A stretch of 64,000 bases of DNA, from contig RDEW01000038.1 of the NCBI GenBank assembly GCA_011109175.1, positions 429,155-493,154 on the forward strand, given 5' to 3'. Position 1 is the stretch's first letter. Each line of letters starts with the position of its first letter. A program made the translations under genes and the position numbers. Source of the DNA: Dicyema japonicum (Eukaryota; Animalia; Dicyemida). Below are positions 62,301 to 64,000 of the stretch, one piece after another. The notes under the pieces are model-generated. The model did not search any database. It had not been told where the DNA came from and worked only from the letters and a program-made list of their open reading frames with translations.

Positions 62301-62974
62301 AGTCTGTTTTTCAGAAAATTTAAACAAGCAATTTGAGAATGTATAATAAAGCCCCTGTTTGGCACTTTATACCAGTAACGGTTTTTAATAGGTAGACAAG
62401 TCACTAATCAGTGGATTTTTTTATTTTCATTTTCCGTTTAAGATTGGATTAATTCCTTTACGACAGTCTAATACTCAATTTATATGAGATGTATTGAGAG
62501 TCATCGTCAAACACTTGGAGTCACATATTAACTTCGGCAGCCTTACTTCAAATTTATCACTGTCCTAACTTTAAGGTTATTGGGTTTTCCTAACTTTAAT
62601 TAACCACTAAAGTTTGATGGTAAATAAAATTCTCTGTTTATTTTTACAAAATATTAGGCTTTCAATCATAAAAAATAATAAATGTAAAAAAGTACTTACT
62701 TGCCAATTTTAAAGTATTTTTGTTCACAAAATATATATATGTCAATGTTCACAATTTGAAATCAATCTTATCAAAAAATCATATTTTTGCAAAAAAGTGA
62801 GTTTTGGTCACAAAATAAAATGTACTCAACAAAAACCCAACTAATTTGTGAGTTGAGATTGTTTTTTATGGTGTATTGCTTATATCAACTGACCTTTTTA
62901 TGAATTGAAAGCAGATAATTCAAATTGGATATTTAACTACTTGGTTTGGCAATATGATGCTCAACCAATATTAA
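59374..62974. repeat. Right arm of ~3.5 kb inverted duplication (contains two gene-family units on the + strand)
   Basis: Reverse complement of 50542-54075 with scattered substitutions and a 60-bp extra segment at 61229-61288. Confidence 0.95.
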
Positions 62975-62979
62975 AAAGT

Positions 62980-64000
62980 TATTGAACGTATCATTTTCAA
63001 AAGGATAAGCAGACATATAGAAGAAACCTACTTTCTGATTCCGGAGCAGTGGGGTTTTCGTCCCGGAAAAGGCTGTGCAGTCTGTTTCTTTCTACTGAAT
63101 TCTGAAATCATGAAAGCAAAGGATTCCAAGAGACAAATAAACTTATTATGTCTTGATATCTCGAAAGCATTCGACAGTGTATGCCATGAAGCGTTGTTAT
63201 AGCAGCTTGTATCAGCATGTGTTCCAAGATATTTATTTGTTTGGCTAAGAAATTATCTTCAGAAAAGACAATCTTTGTGAAGGTGTGTGGATATATATCT
63301 GATGCAATATCATTCAAATGAGGAGTACCTCAAGGTTCAGTATTGAGCTCTATTTGTTTAATACATTTATGGCGTGTTTTCCACGTCCGAGGAAAATTAA
63401 TGCTAGTCTTCTATTTATGCGGATGACGTAATCGTTGTGGACACATCTCTAAAATCTTCTATATCTGAAGGAAGAATCCGGGAGTATTGGTGCAACCTGA
63501 GAGGGCTAAAGCTCTCTGCTGAAAAATCTTGCGCACTCTGAATAAGCAGTTTGAAAAAGCACCTGAAACAAAAATAAATACTGGGAGTAAACAATTCACA
63601 CAGTTTGCGCTACCTGGGGGTCAACTATGGACACGCAAGAGATTACATGGACGAAATAAAGAGGAGGAGAAAGAGAGCCTTTCAGTCGCTCATATGTATA
63701 CGGAAGATACACGTTAGCCGTGACACTTACCTGTTTATCTTCAAGGGAGTTATTTCTCCCTAGCCTACTTTATGGGTGCGAGGGGTGGTTCTTCTCTCAA
63801 AGAGGGACAAGATCTTATCCCTCCTAGAGATGACTAGAAGAGCTGCAATTAAGCTCTCCTTAAAAAGAAACTGAAAAACTGTCTAAACGAGGACGAAAAC
63901 AAGCTCCTGGAACCGATTAGCAAGATTGTGGAGGATCGGATCAATGGTTTCAAGATGAGATCAAAGGTTCAGGACACATACATAAAGCTGGGAGAATAAA
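62980..64000 (+). mobile_element. I/Jockey-like non-LTR RT fragment abutting the inverted-repeat breakpoint
   Basis: IPEQWGFRPGKG, CLDISKAFDSVCH, GVPQGSVLSS, YADDVI, YLGV. Confidence 0.65.

Noticed and set aside
50542-62974. Polinton/Maverick or giant composite transposon with 3.5-kb TIRs
   Set aside because: The central integrase has its own short TGT...ACA TIRs, there is no pPolB, ATPase or capsid gene, no TSD, and the left arm continues seamlessly into flanking gene-family sequence.
1-64000. Prokaryotic or microsporidian origin of the window
   Set aside because: Spliceosomal introns throughout, plus an animal-specific TCF with beta-catenin-binding domain and C-clamp.

Overview
AT-rich eukaryotic, non-prokaryotic DNA from a highly derived animal. 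It carries a TCF gene with beta-catenin-binding domain, HMG box and C-clamp, plus an SLC6 transporter and a G-alpha-like gene. Nearly every intron is a 22-27 nt GT-AG micro-intron, which fits a reduced parasite such as a myxozoan cnidarian or a dicyemid; the lineage is an inference and cannot be settled here. Manual splicing gives seven host genes: TCF (3656-5058 +), FolD/MTHFD (7711-8763 +), MPC2 (13554-13937 -), an ARM+BTB ARMC5-like gene (17332-19577 +), an SLC6 amino-acid transporter (21186-23025 -), VPS33B (34750-36804 -, 14 introns) and a G-alpha-fold protein that has lost its catalytic and guanine-binding residues (41464-42586 +). MPC2 and VPS33B are invisible in the supplied ORF track. 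Intergenic space is filled with decayed non-LTR retrotransposons (RTE-like, I/Jockey-like, R4/Dong-like, CRE-like), pogo, hAT and Ginger2-like DNA transposons, a four-copy tRNA-derived SINE and a multi-copy decayed intron-bearing gene family. The right end holds a ~3.5 kb inverted duplication (50542-54075 / 59374-62974). Four of the host genes show single-base frame breaks, most simply explained as homopolymer assembly errors. All alignments were done by eye; TE and pseudogene boundaries are approximate.
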